NCBI GenBank assembly: GCA_002633005.1
Contig: NMRA01000920.1
Location: forward strand, 5,974 to 69,973
DNA: 64,000 nt
Direction of reading: 5' to 3'
Source: Phoronis australis
Lineage: Eukaryota; Animalia; Phoronida
Shown here in pieces: positions 23,936 through 37,335 of the stretch. Under the pieces are notes generated by a model. The model did not search any database. It worked only from the letters and a program-made list of their open reading frames with translations, and was not told the origin of the DNA. The position numbers and the translations under genes were made by a program. Positions within the stretch are counted from its first letter, which is position 1; each line of letters starts with the position of its first letter.

Positions 23936-24825
23936 ACTGACAATGCACATTGTTCTTGTTGTCGCTCACGAAGTCTGCAATTCAGCTCATCTTTCTGTGA
24001 TGCCAGGACTGCAAGGAAAGACAACAAAACAGTATTAATCAATGTGTAAATATATTAATTCATTAACATACAAGACAAATGCCGTTATTTTTTACTTACT
24101 TACAGAAATTGTTTAAACTGAAGCTGAACTATAATACTTACATAAGTCTCAGAACCATTTCAGAAGAAATTTGTGCAATATTGGTACTCTCGTGGATGCA
24201 TTATTGAGTTTCGTATCTGTTCAGTTAGATTCTAATTCATGTTTGTCCACCTTGAATGACCTATGTTTACCATGCACATACATGTAGTTGTACAATTCGA
24301 ATTTACCAACCCCATCAGCAGCACGGCAGTCAGTGTCTACATCTACGATGTCTTTTATGGAATGCACTTGAGGTCTCTGCCACCTGAAAATAAAATGTTT
24401 AAATTGAACTTAAACTACAATTAGACATATCAACCCTCATCCTTTTTCCAGATGAAATTTGTTTGCCCTGAACTTTACTATCAAAGTTAGCACTGAACTA
24501 TTGTGTTCGTTAGTGTTACATGATCCCATGGATTAGGCCTATTATCATTTATTTCTCTTAACTGTTCAGTTAGATCATAAATCATGTTTGTCCATCTTGA
24601 ATGACTTACGTTTACACCACAGCACCCAGTGTCTACACATCTACGATGTGTTTTATGCATTGCACTTGAGGTCTCTGCCATCTGAAAATAAAATTGAAGT
24701 TGAACTATAGTTAGACATATCATCTCTCATCCTTTTTTAAGATGAAATTTGTTCACCCTGAACTTCAATATTACTATCAAAGTTAGCACTGAACTGTTGT
24801 GCTCATTATCTATTATCACTTATCA

Positions 24826-25590
24826 TTCGATAAAGCAGTCAGAAATGGCTGTGGATGCATTATTGGACAGAGATGGTATTGCACAATACTGCAACCATCT
24901 ATCGTATAGAGCAGTCAGAAGTGGCCGTGGATGCACTATTGGACAGAGATGTTATTGCACAATAGTGCATCCAACTATCGGATAAAGAAGCCAGAAGTGG
25001 CTGTGGATGCATTATTGGACAGAGATGTTGTTGCACAATAGTGCATCCATCTATTGGATAAAGCAGTCAGAAGTGGCCGTGGATGCACTATTGGACAGAG
25101 ACGTTGTTGCACAATAGTGCATCCATCTATCAGATAAAGCAGCCAGAAGTGGCTGTGGATGCATTATTGGACAGAGATGTTGTTGCACAATAGTGCATCC
25201 GTCCATTCGATAAAGCAGTCAGAAGTAGCTATGGATGCATTATTGGACAGAGATGGTATTGCACAATACTGCAACCATCTATCGTATAGAGCAGTCAGAA
25301 GTGGCCGTGGATGCACTATTGGACAGAGATGTTATTGCACAATTGTGCATCCATCTATCGGATAAAGCAGCCAGAAGTGGCTGTGGATGCATTATTGGAC
25401 AGAGATGTTGTTGCACAATAGTGCATCCATCTATTGGATAAAGCAGTCAGAAGTGGCCGTGGATGCATTATTGGACAGGTGTGTTATTGCACAATACTGC
25501 ATCCACCTATCAAATAAAGCAGTCAGAAGTGGCTGTGGAAGACAGGTGTGTTACTGCACAATATTGCGTTCACCCATCTGATAAAGCACC
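24826..25590 (-). repeat. 76-bp tandem array, ~10 units (right arm, inverted)
   Basis: Reverse complement of the 16740-18230 unit (GGATGCA[C/T]TATTGGACAGAG). Confidence 0.95.
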
Positions 25591-27759
25591 GGAAAGTGGC
25601 TAAGGTGTCCCACTATGCCCAAAAACCTGGAAAGGTATTTACAACAACGTCAGTTTGATGCTTTGCCTTTAGTCAGTGTGAGGCATAGTTTGCCAAAATT
25701 CTATCCTATAACTCTCAGGAGGTACACCGTCTCTTGTCAGATAGAGACGGTGGTCAGGGTCTCAGCTCACGGCTGAAGTGAAGTACCAGTGTAATTCGTA
25801 GTCCCGAATGTCATACCATGCAGTATATAGTGTATTAGAGCATTTTAGAGACTATCAGAACCCGAGGACGAGCTCACATAGGCTTCCCTGCCAGTGCAAG
25901 CCAACAAAATCTCCTACATTTGTACATTTAGAAATAATTCAAGCTCAACACTCCTTGAAAGATACTCACACACATCAGTGACATTTCCCTTTATCTCTTT
26001 TTTCCATAATAAACAACATAAGCGGCACAAATGATGCTTTTATAATAAGTCGAATAACCAGCGGACTGCTTGGATGCACTATTGCGCAAAAACCGGAAGC
26101 CGAAAAACTAGCGCATGCGCAGAATACGCAAACCAGCTCAGGATGCATTATTGGACAGGATGCATTATTGGACACGACACCGGCTTCCAGAGTCGTAAGG
26201 AGATGATCCCGAGTTTGATAACGTTTAAGACCATTAGATCGCAAAATATTCCAAAATATCTGGTCGATTTGGAAGAAGTTTCCAAAGAAGGCAGTTTTAA
26301 ACTTACATTAATTTGTACTAAACAGACATCCACGCTGAGTCCTATGATAGCAAGAATCAACCATGAACACAACCTAGTCCCACGCATGCGCGGAAAACCG
26401 CATGAGATCGAAGTCGGTATTCCAGTTCAAGAGTAGCTGCAGCATAGACGTACTTGCTGGTCCTCTACGTGCCTAGCCAGCTGGCTACTGACCACCTAAT
26501 GGCACGCAGGGAACCAGCAAGCATGGACATGTTAATGCTGTGATGTTTATGATCTGCAGTTTTATGATAGGAACAACCAAAAATTTTCCAGCTATAATGT
26601 TTGTATTAATCCACTGAAGACTTCAGTCTTGTTTGCAAGAAAGTGATTTTGAAATCTATTGTATACGATGTCATTTCTCTTCCTTTAACGAGTTACATTT
26701 CCGTTGACTTAGTTATCTTCGTTGACGTTACTTTCCTTCTGTTGACGCATCAGTACTGATAAAGCCTCGTTACGAGTAACGCCAGAGACGTCAGCATGAC
26801 AGAAGCCTTGCTACCAGAGTCAATAGCCGCGTTTTCCTTCATAAAGTCTAACGTTCCTAAGGACTTGGCCACTGAAAGTAGACAATGTTTTGTTGCAAAA
26901 GTTCATTGTATTTTCTTGAGGAAATTTTCATTGAGCTTCTGAAAACTTGGCCGTTGAAAGAAGAAGCGGGGAAGAACGTTCAAGTCCATCAGTTTAGGAA
27001 GTACTGTCGTTTTGAAATGCATTTCTTTGTGGGGCGGATGTCGGCTCGTAAACATCCGATGTTATGTGGGCGCGTAACCGGATTCAAAATATGGGTTTGG
27101 TGAGATCTGGCTTTCGCCTAATCGAATGATACGAGCCTCGAAAACAGTTTGCTTAATTAAAAGATTTGCTGATCTATGTATTTATTCGAGGCATTTTGCG
27201 GCTAATTTCTCCACGATGGTTGTTTTGTAGTACTCGCACCAAAAAAGCATGCTGCAGGGGACCGGTAGGCCGACTGCTGCGCTGAAGTGCAAGTGTTTTC
27301 CGCTATTTGACACGTTACCAAGTTGTGAGCACTCCAATTACAGCCCAAGGCTCTAATTTTTGTACTCGAAATGGAGCTCGAAATTATTATTGACATTTTC
27401 CGTTCTGTTTTTTGGCCAACTCAACATAAGTGTCTGTTATTCTGTGGTCGAGTGTATTATGGTCTACGCAGACGAGCTTTCATTATGAGGTCATCATATG
27501 CAAATTGAGGATAGACAGTCATCCACGTAAATTATAATGTATAAGAACACAAGACTAGTCCGAGTCCTATTTATCAGCCCTAACCCTGTCATCAGAAAAC
27601 ACGAAAGTTACCTTTCATTGAAATAGCGTCAGTAAGATAACTTCTGCTGATGGAACCAACGGAAGATTCGGTGGTTATGGTGCACCTGAAATTGGACTTG
27701 ATATATGCATCGAGAATTAACATAACGTAACGAGTATGTATCTCCAACTTTCGATGATC

Positions 27760-27984
27760 GAACGAGCCCCCCATTTTTGGCTAAGTGGGCAAAAAGTCCG
27801 CCTCAGAGAAACAAAAACTACGAAAAAAAAGTAGAAAACGAGACAAAATTCCGCTAAAAAGGCAGGAACTAAGAAAAATCGAGGAATGCACAATTCGTAG
27901 CTATGAACGTACCCCGTGAATCTTATTAAACGGTACACATTCTCAAAAGTTCGAGTCCCCCATTTTTAGGGTGGGTGCGCGCAC
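27760..27984. mobile_element. Truncated copy of the CATGCGCGCAC MITE family
   Basis: Matches 52095-52300 and the reverse complement of 44560-44790; only one terminus (GGGTGCGCGCACG) is left. Confidence 0.75.
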
Positions 27985-28964
27985 GCATTACATGCCCATT
28001 TTACACAGATTAATCAAAGGAAGCCGGAGCTACAGCACGCATAAAAGAACCTTTTTACTGTTAATATCTGAAATTCTCGAATAACTCGAGAACAGTACGT
28101 TTTATCGAGAAACGGATAATGAGATCTACTTCCATACAAAATTGCAGCAGAATCCATCAGAGGACTGCAGAACTAGAGCTCAGCCAGACAAAAAATTGAA
28201 AAGTAGCCGTTACAGCGCCATGTTTCTACCGTTTTTACCGAGAACAAGTGGTCTTAGATTTCAACGATAGACAATGAGTTTGAATTTTATGTAGAGAAGA
28301 CGGAAAATGGAACATATAGAGCAGGTATAAACAAAAACAAGACCAACGCTGGAGCGTGAACAAGCGCCCACCGTTCATCACAAATGACATGTCTCTATGG
28401 GCTAAGGTAAGCTACATTAAGGCTACTTAACCGATATTACCACTATGACTAGGAGCAGCAGCAAAGCGTGACATGCGCCCGAAGTGCATCGCATACCGTT
28501 TCATGAATTATAATAACGTTTAAGTCACCCACTGATTGGTAGGTACAGTACTGACACACAGCTAAAAACTGCTGGTATCTCAAAGATAGCATAAACCCAT
28601 TCAAGTTTCACTTAAATATAGTTTCCAGGCCTTTTACTGGAGAGAACTCATTTTTAAAAGGAGTGGAAATTCTACCAAATGCACTGTATCTTTTGTAATG
28701 CTCCGTCAATGACAGGAGGCGGGCATTTTACGTTAACATAAAAGTCCTTATCAAGGTCAAAATGGCCACTATAGAAGGTGTGGCAGTGGCCGCCGAATCC
28801 GCTGAAGATTTAATTGTGCCGACGCAATAGTATCATGTACACAAGTTTCATTGAAATCTCTCAAGTGGTTCTCTACCTATCCAGAAACGTATCTTCTACC
28901 TGTGTTCTTTGGAATTCATCGAAAGGTGCTTGACTTATACAGAGTTTACAGCTGTAGGCCTATA

Positions 28965-31825
28965 TGTGCACTGATACGCCATAAAATGTAACAATTTCGT
29001 AAAAAGTAACGTTGTTAAGCCTCTCCTTATATGTAAGAAGCTGTTTCAATTTACATAGTTGGTACAACTTACGTCGAATGTACAAACGAGAAATGTACTG
29101 TTGTTACATTTTACGAAACTAACAACATATTACAAACAAAATCCCCAAAATCAAGATCAAGTGCTATCTGACACGGAAGCGGTACTCGAGTATTTTTGGA
29201 CGAGGGTGCCGCCCGAAAAAATTGGATACCTACCCGTTTAGAGAGTGTACTCGGACAAAAAAGCGACCCATTTAGAGACTAATTTTGTGTAAAAATTTAC
29301 CTTTTCGCACAGTTCTGTTCCAGAAATTCAGAAAAGGCACCCTTTTAGATAGTATTTTTTCGAAAATGGCACCATTTTTGAGAGTGCTTATCGCTGTGTA
29401 AAAAACCCATTGGGCGGCACTTTTCATATACCTCTTATATAGGAATGCCCTACAGGCCGACACGGCATAAGTCCGACTACCCCTTATCATTTTTATTACA
29501 CTTACATCACTGTTACTACTATTACTGCTATTGCTACCTTTACTACCATTACTGCTATCATACTAATTACTACTTTCGCTATTATTACCCGTTATCGGTA
29601 TCGTTATCATCATCATCATCATTATTATTATTATTATTATTATTATGTTTAAATTTATCTGTCAAGGATACAGTTCAATATACACAATACATGTTTTAAC
29701 AAAGTGCTAATACATCATGGTCTTCAAAGATTGTAAAATCATCTCATTTATGGTTCATTGTTTCCACCGGGTTTCCCAAAATGGACAGCGAGTGCTATTT
29801 AAAAAGGATTGTAAAGGGGTTCCTGTGCTCAGCCTTGACGACATTGTGAGAAATGTCTAGTCAGCTGTGGGTGCAGAGTAGGCCTACTTTTTGGAAATGA
29901 GGAGATTGAGATTTAAAATCTTGTTTTCACGTTCGCCAACTTCAAAAATTTATTATTTCTGAACTATAGTTAAGCACGGTATTGTTTGCAAATATAACTA
30001 TATCCTTCTGTAGTTTGCCACTAAGAACTGAATTCGGACTGTAATCCTTTACATGCGACTTACATCTAAACTTGAGGATACCCACCGTGTTATCATTTTT
30101 GTCTCTTGTTGGACATTCCATTTCAAAGAACTGGGTCTCGTTCTACAATGATGTGTAATTTCAAAAATGGCGTTAAATTATACTCTGGAGACATTTACCG
30201 AGAACTAGCGACTAGTCGGCTATGGCTGCGGTCACCGGGTCATTAAAATAACTGGTAATTGACATACAAAACACGTAACAATTTTATGTGGAACGGGTCC
30301 CAATATTCTTAGAAGAACACAGTGATTTAAATGAGTGATTTAAATTATGTTTCATTGAAAGTGGGTTGTATGGAACAAAAACGGCCCACGTCGAAGTCAG
30401 CGATGTTTAATATGCGTTTTTATGCGATGTAGCAAAAGGTTTAACATTCCCTTATCTGCGTAAAACCGCGCGTGTTGTTGGCAGGGAGCTGCAACACAAA
30501 AATGGCTCCTCATGAGACACGTGACTTCACGTCCAGTAATACTAGAACGCCCAATATCTGTCTTTACTTGTATTTGCTTCGGATTAACGAGCATTAGCCG
30601 AATAGCAATTCTAATTGATATTTTATGTTGAAAGATACTAGAAAGAGAAAGTGCATGTTTTTGTAGTCCAAAAGGCTGATTGTCAGCTTTTTCGGACAAT
30701 TGCCCTTTTTTAAAAACTATTTACCTGGACCCAGTTTGAGCAAAATGGCCATGTCTCTTCAGAGTGTTAAAATATTTTCTATTTCTCCCGCTAGGCCTCA
30801 CATTTTTACGTTTACACGTCACGGTTTGATTGGGTTGTTACCACTCCTATTTCAGACAGGTTTGACACCATAGGAACAATGATATTTCTTTCAGCTTTTA
30901 AGCTGCTGTCACTGTTTTAAACTATAGGGCGACCTTTTGCTGTTGAAATGGCAAAAACTGTCAATTTGTCCACAAAGAAACGCGTTCTTTTATTTCCTTC
31001 CACCACTTTTTTCCTCCACAATGTCTTTAAGAAATTATCATTGGTAATTAAAGTCGTAGACACAACCCGTCGGCATCAAAAACTTTGGTCTTGTTCCTTT
31101 TGTGTGGAGCATTAGCGATTACTCCAAGACAATAAAACACTGGCTGAAATAAATCAAACTATCGTGGATTAAAACGAGTTTTTTCTATAAAACTGGCTTT
31201 CGAAATTGAATTCTCCGTGAAAAAACTGTTATTGTCGTTTGTTCTCGAGGAAATACGAAAAATATTAGCCAAAATACGATGTCATTGCTTCTGTTGTGCT
31301 TACCAAGGGAAATATGTCATACTGTAATGCCGTATACACAATTGGTTTATGACCTGTGAGCGCCAACAAAAATTGCAAGAACGCTTTAACAATAAAAATT
31401 GTTACCCGATCCTGAAAACTCCTTTCGTCTGGAGTTGAAACTATACGGGATACATTTTTGACTATACCAAGAAACTGCTCATGTTAAAAAACAGTGAACA
31501 GCACATAGGGACACATCTATAAGTTCGAGTTGGTACATGAGATAGAATTTCATTCAAACAATCGGTTAAAAAGGCGTTATGGGTGTGAACCGTTTTCCTC
31601 CGTGTGACACTGAAATACCATGCAAACTCATGAAACATGACGTCGGTTTCGTAAACTCCCTGTAACAATGGGACGTGCATTTGACGTAAATTGTAACAAT
31701 TACATAATGTAACAACATGCTACCTTTTAGGATAGGCCTAGCAACGTAAAATCTAACAATGACGTAAAATGTAATAGATGTTTCATTTTACGAAATTGTT
31801 GCATTTTACGGCCTATCAGGGCACA
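28965..31825. mobile_element. TGT...ACA TIR element (possibly Ginger2/TDD-like, non-autonomous)
   Basis: TGTGCACTGATACGCCATAAAATGTAACAATTTCGTAAAA pairs with TTTTACGAAATTGTTGCATTTTACGGCCTATCAGGGCACA; repeated CGTAAAATGTAA-like motifs near the ends; flanks tata/tact. Confidence 0.55.
29500..29646. repeat. Compound (TAC)/(CAT)/(TAT) microsatellite
   Basis: Directly visible. Confidence 0.9.
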
Positions 31826-34126
31826 TACTAATGAGCAAATTATTAACTTTATTGGGGAAAGTGCCTCCGCAAATATTTCACAAATTTGCACATACTCTCA
31901 GATATAACATGCTTCTTATAATTGACTGCACTTGATTGACTTTGTAGGTTGCACCGTGGCTATCAGCTTCAACATCGGATTGGTCTATAAACCGGTAGTT
32001 GTCATCAAGAACCAAATAGATGTCTTAACCGGCGTGCGTTGCGTAGACGTAGATTCTTGCGATAAAACCAAGAACTTCCAAGGCTTTGCGAGATATTGCC
32101 GAAGCACGCGATCACACTAGCTTCTTTAGCGAAATTTTCCGTCACGAAACCCAAACCCGTACTCACCTGAGGCGATCACCTTGATAAGCGATAGAAAATA
32201 AGTAGGTTGCATCCATCTGGACCTTGCCTGTTTTGAATGTCACCTTGCCTTTGATAGGTTTTGGCTTCAGACGCTCCATGTGTTCTAAGACCACTGATGT
32301 TTTACCGTCTGGGTCAACCAATAGGAAACATTATACGCGCGTACACACAGCAGTTCAGGTAAGCAATACGCAAGACCAAATGTGCCTGTCTCTCAATTTC
32401 AGTTATAGCACTGAGGTTGTCAGGAGTAGAATGACACTGATTTGGCCTTGGCTGCTTGTCCTGATGATGAAGTTTGAGACATCGAAACATGTTGAAATTG
32501 AAAAATCTCGTTGTTTTTATTAACAATTTATGAGACTGTAAATAGCTACCCAGGCACGGATTAATGAGAATCAGAGTTTGAGTTACAGATGAGATGCAGA
32601 TATAGAGTAAGACGTTATAGAATCAACAGCTACAGCGTCAGTCAATAGAGAGCCAGCTACATGTATATGGAGACAGAAGGTTATTTGATCAACGATTGAA
32701 ACATTGCTGGAAGTGTCTCAGGGGTTCATCACAAGCCAAATTCGCAGCACTAATCGGACCATAGAATAGACATTGCGTCGGAATTGCAAACGTATGGTCA
32801 AGATTAATTAAGTGCTTAACTAGAACCAGTCTCCAGTATATCCTCGCAGCAAAAGCTATTAGCACCGGTCATGGACGACCGGCGTCCAACCATCAAAGGG
32901 ATAAAACATGACAATGGTCCACACGGCTAGTGATAATCTGTTCAGAAGTTCAAGAGTCCCACTAAATAGTTTCATAAGGTTGGTAAAATTGACTTCGGAA
33001 GATGTCTACTGATAGGAGCAGAAACTGTCAAGGTATTATGTTCTTTCCGGTTTTGAAAATAAGAATTTCCATGAGTCCACTGTGAGGTTGTGATTAGTGC
33101 AAGTGATCGAGTTGAACAATGGCCTAAAAGGTCCCCTACTCACCCATTTCGTGTTGACTAATGGGAAAAGTTAACATGCACACTCATATTATTTGAAATA
33201 ATCATTATCTGCCTGTGACTTGCCGTGTCGAACAGTTTTCGAAAATGACGCGTTATGAAAAGAATTGAGCAAGTTTTGAATGAAATTCGCCGACTTCCTA
33301 GTCGTGAAAGTAGGCTTGACAGCAAAAATCTGTGACGATCCGAATGGTTTGTTCAACACGCTTTACAGGGCCGTAGGAGGAGCGGGGGGGGGTGGTCGGG
33401 GGCACGTGCACCTCAATAAAATTTGCAAGCGTCAGGGTTAAACCGTGGCAATCGACACAGGCGTGGGGTCGGGGACAGTCGAGAAAAGAAACACTGCGAA
33501 ATACGGATACGAGAGATAACTCAGTAACAGTGTACGGTTGAGTAACCTGCCAGGACATTGTTGTTAGGGTCTCCGCACAGGTCGTGTAAACGCACTTGAA
33601 AACGTGCATCTAATCATTCATCCATACATGTATATTTCGAAAAATCGAGAAAATTTGTAAAGCGAAGCTTTTTCGGAGCGCATTAATTTACTGGATTTTT
33701 AAATTCAATTAGACAAATTTGCGAATGCAAAACTGTATTTTCTAGAGGCCTCTGTGGCAAAGGATAACGAAGACAATTGTCGCATTACGTTTTTTTTTCG
33801 AAATTGTTTATCACTTGAGAAAAATTGATGACCTGACAGATAACATCAGTTGCTGCGCATTTCCTGATTTTTGAATAAATCTTTTCATATTTAGGGGCCC
33901 AGTTCTTGAAGAGGGCCATTAAGGACATTCAAGGGGCCACCTTTTTTATTGACAAATTCTAAAGGGGCCGCTCAGGAGAGAGGACCCAATGTTGGAATCG
34001 ATTACCTATATTTTCCTGTTTTTGTGAAATCGTGGAAATGATCTTTCACTCTCTTCTACGCTTAAATGTAAACTATGCTAATGTATAGCAGGAACTAAAC
34101 GACAATGCTATTTGAACATCATCTTA

Positions 34127-34420
34127 GCTAAACAAAGTGCGATTGTATTCATTGACAACTTGTAAAAGTGAACACAAAAAATTCTGCAACTAAGTGACGC
34201 ACCTTCGGGCTCACATAAACCGCATCATGCAGTGCTATTCCCCAAGACCACTTCAGGATACTTAGAGGACACGGTTGAGTGATTTAAGGCGGATCATTTT
34301 CCACACCAAACTCGTTCTTACAAACATTTGGAAATTTCCAACCTAATTCATGTTCACATCGTCGCCGCTATATGTTGTGTTTCTAATTAATTTGACCAAG
34401 CAATCACAGAGATAAGTTCA
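34127..34420. repeat. Dispersed repeat; paralog at ~50916-51440 carries a MITE insertion
   Basis: GCTAAACAAAGTGC..TTGTATTCATTGACAACTT; AAACTCGTTCTTA.AAACATTTG; TTCACATCGTCG..GCTATATG.TGTGTTTCTAATTAATTT are shared. Confidence 0.8.
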
Positions 34421-35109
34421 ACTTTAATGATGTTTAGCGTTTCATCTTAAGGTGTCCCATTTCAGATGAGACCCTCTCTCGGAAGGATAGTTCGAGGAAA
34501 ATAACCCTTTGTCTCTCTATACATATAAATTCGACACTGTCAAGTATTTAGGAGGGGAATTTGAGATTGAAAACACAAAACATTTCGTGAACAGCACAGC
34601 AATATCAAGACATTCCACCCAACCAACCAAAAATATGAAAATACAATTGGATTGACCGCCATCGAACAGGTGCAACGTTGAAGAACGTAAAGACCACTGT
34701 GAATTACACAAAAGGACTAATTCCGATGCTTAGTTATAAAATAATGTTCATTTTTCCAATAGTATCACAAGAATAGTATTTCTTTTGAAAATCGATAAGA
34801 AGTTGTTTGTAAGGAATTTTCACATGTCAAAAAGACTGTCGGGGTTATGATTTGTGATGACCGTGTACATATCAAACTGGGGTACTCAACGTACTCTTGC
34901 AATCATAAACTAAAGATTTCAGCGTTTATTTTTGGAGTTCACGTTTAACTCGTGAACCGTTATAGGTACCTCTGAAATGAGCAACTTAATACGCATGCCC
35001 CGTGCCTCATGTTCCCCCGGTTACCAGCCAAAACTCTGCAAAACTGCTTATAGCATTCCGTTCAGATAAACAAATTCGTTGATGACTGATTTACCTGTTT
35101 ATGCATCTA

Positions 35110-37335
35110 CAAAAAAATAGGCTTGTAAAAAATTTCGCCAGTCCAGGTCTGTCAGTGACCTAGAATTTTACAAATCACGCAAGAGAAAGCACCGAAAGTT
35201 GATTAGAGTTAAGAAACAACCGCATAATTCAAAGACATTAAAGACAATAAATAGCACAAATGATACAAAACAATTCTGGAATTTAGTGAAAGCAAACTTT
35301 CGCAAAAACAAGTCTATATCCTCGATCACGCTTGATATATGGTACCGTTATTTTGATGATTTACTAAATCAGAAAGTTCAGATCGGTAAAAATGTGCACA
35401 ATAATGGTCTTCATGTTTTGAATGCTCACAGCAACTTTTGCGAACACTGTGAGGCAAATGACCCGAATCTTTGAATTGTGGTTTTACTGTGACAGATCGA
35501 AATGGCTATTCAGTCGCTCTCCAGCGGAAAGGCGGCTGGTATTGATGGCTTGATTGTCGAAGTGTTTAAGTGCACCAGTAGTCAAGTAAGTCCTTTTTCT
35601 AGTGGCTCTACTAAACAAGATTTTGCACAGTGGTGGGTGATACTCGTAGGCATAGTGTGATACTATTTTGGTACCACTGTTTAAACAGGGGAATGTCAAT
35701 GACCCTAATAATTATAGAGGAATTTCCCTTCAGCCAGTGATTGGAAAAGGTTTTATTAAAATTTTAAATGTGCGCCTTACTGATTGGGCCATGGAGAATG
35801 ATGAATTGTATGAATGCCAAGCAGAACTCCGAAACTTCTATAGCACTGTCGACCAAATTTTTACGTTGTCAACTATGGTTCAAAAGTAAATAAGCAAAAG
35901 CAAGGACATCGTTTCTACTGGACATTCATTGATTATTCTAAACCATTTGACAAGATTCCCCATCAGTTGCTTTGGCCCAGATTACAAAAAATGGAGTTCA
36001 TGGTGATTTTTTAAAAAACTTTTACACACAATGTATAGCAAACTTCGGACGCGTACGAGAACGCAGGGTAGTATAACTGATGTTTTTGAGTGCACTATTG
36101 GCCCTAGGCAAGGTTGTTTGTTAGGCTCTTTTTGGTTTACATTGTATTTGAATGAATTTGTAGAATGTATCCACTCTAGAAATGACGATGGTATTTTTCT
36201 AAGTCAAAATGTCTCTGATGTAAAAGTATCGATATATGCCGATGAAATGGCCTTGTGTGCTTACTCTACAGTGAAACTGTAAAAACTACCGTGTACTTAA
36301 AAGAAGTTCTGCCAGGAATGGGACAAGTCTGTAAATTTAGTAAAAACCAAAATTACGGTGTTTAGAAACGGAGGTCTCATGAGAAATTGCGAGAGGTGGT
36401 ATTTTGGAAATGAAAAACTGCAAGTGGTTTCCAGTTTCCAGTATCTTGGTGTTGCGTTCACGCCAAAGTTATTGTGGTCTATGGCTACTCAGACCCTGCC
36501 AGCCCATGCCACGAAGGTCGCCATTACCAGTCGACAAGCTACAAAGAAGCTTGGGCATGTTTCAATTGCGTGTGGCTTTTTAGATTTTTGATAAAATGAT
36601 TTTCCCTACCTTGTGCTATGGAGCCGAAATATGGGGCTTTAAAGAATACAACTGGTTTGAACAAGTCGTAACTCAAGAGCAGCTTACGACAGTTTGCTTG
36701 ACTTAGGTCAAAATGGTCGTCATTTCCGAAATTTGGCCACATCAGTTAGACTTATATTGTCAAATTATGGATTCCACGAAAGACGTTGTGTGTGCAAATA
36801 CTTTTCTGCTAGTTTTTAGACAGCGGATAAGGGATTGTTGTGCAAGGATGGAGACAAGATTGTTGAGAGTAATCCTAAACTGTGTATTTATAATCAATTT
36901 AAAGAGAAATTTAAATTGGAAAAAAATTTAAGTGTGAGTATACCCCGTGCACAAATTATGTCCATGGCACGTTTTCGTTGTTCCAGTCACAGTCTCATGA
37001 TTGAAGTAGGTAGGTACTTGAATTTGGATAGGGCAAACAGTGTGTCCCTTCTGCCTCAATGTTATAAACGACGAGTATCATTTCATTCTAAACTGTGATA
37101 AATATTCTGAACTGAGCGAATACTATATTGAAGTGTAAAGCTGGAATTTTCCATCTTTTTAAGTTCAATAGATTTATGTCAACAAGTGATGATGCTAAAT
37201 TAGTCAATCTATGTAAATACGTATTTTACGCTTTTCGTCTCCATGCCAGCCTGCTGCACTCTTAAGTATGTTACATGTTGTTCTTTTGTACAGTGGGCCT
37301 ATTGCCTTTATTACATAAATAAATTGATTGATTGA
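35110..37335 (+). pseudogene. 5'-truncated non-LTR retrotransposon ORF2 (reverse transcriptase plus C-terminal Cys/His motif; RTEX-like)
   Basis: PLFKQGNVNDPNNYRGISL, STVDQIFTL, RQGCLL, IYADE, FQYLGV and RFRCSSHSLMIEVGRY; many stops and frameshifts; AATAAA plus (ATTG)n tail. Confidence 0.9.

Larger units (their letters stand above)
16157..26179. mobile_element. ~10-kb Ginger1-like non-autonomous element with foldback arms, flanked by CCGG
   Basis: ccgg|TGTCGTGTCCAATAATGCATCC...GGATGCATTATTGGACACGACA|ccgg. 16157-19692 is the reverse complement of ~23010-26179. TGT...ACA ends with a CCGG TSD are the published Ginger1 hallmark. Confidence 0.75.

Noticed and set aside
24749-25581. Repeated MHYWTEM.. 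peptides
   Set aside because: Translations of the 76-bp satellite.
31930-32520. Coding-like GC-richer stretch with a GTGAGT donor on the minus strand at ~32161
   Set aside because: The frame is fragmented and I could not assign a family.
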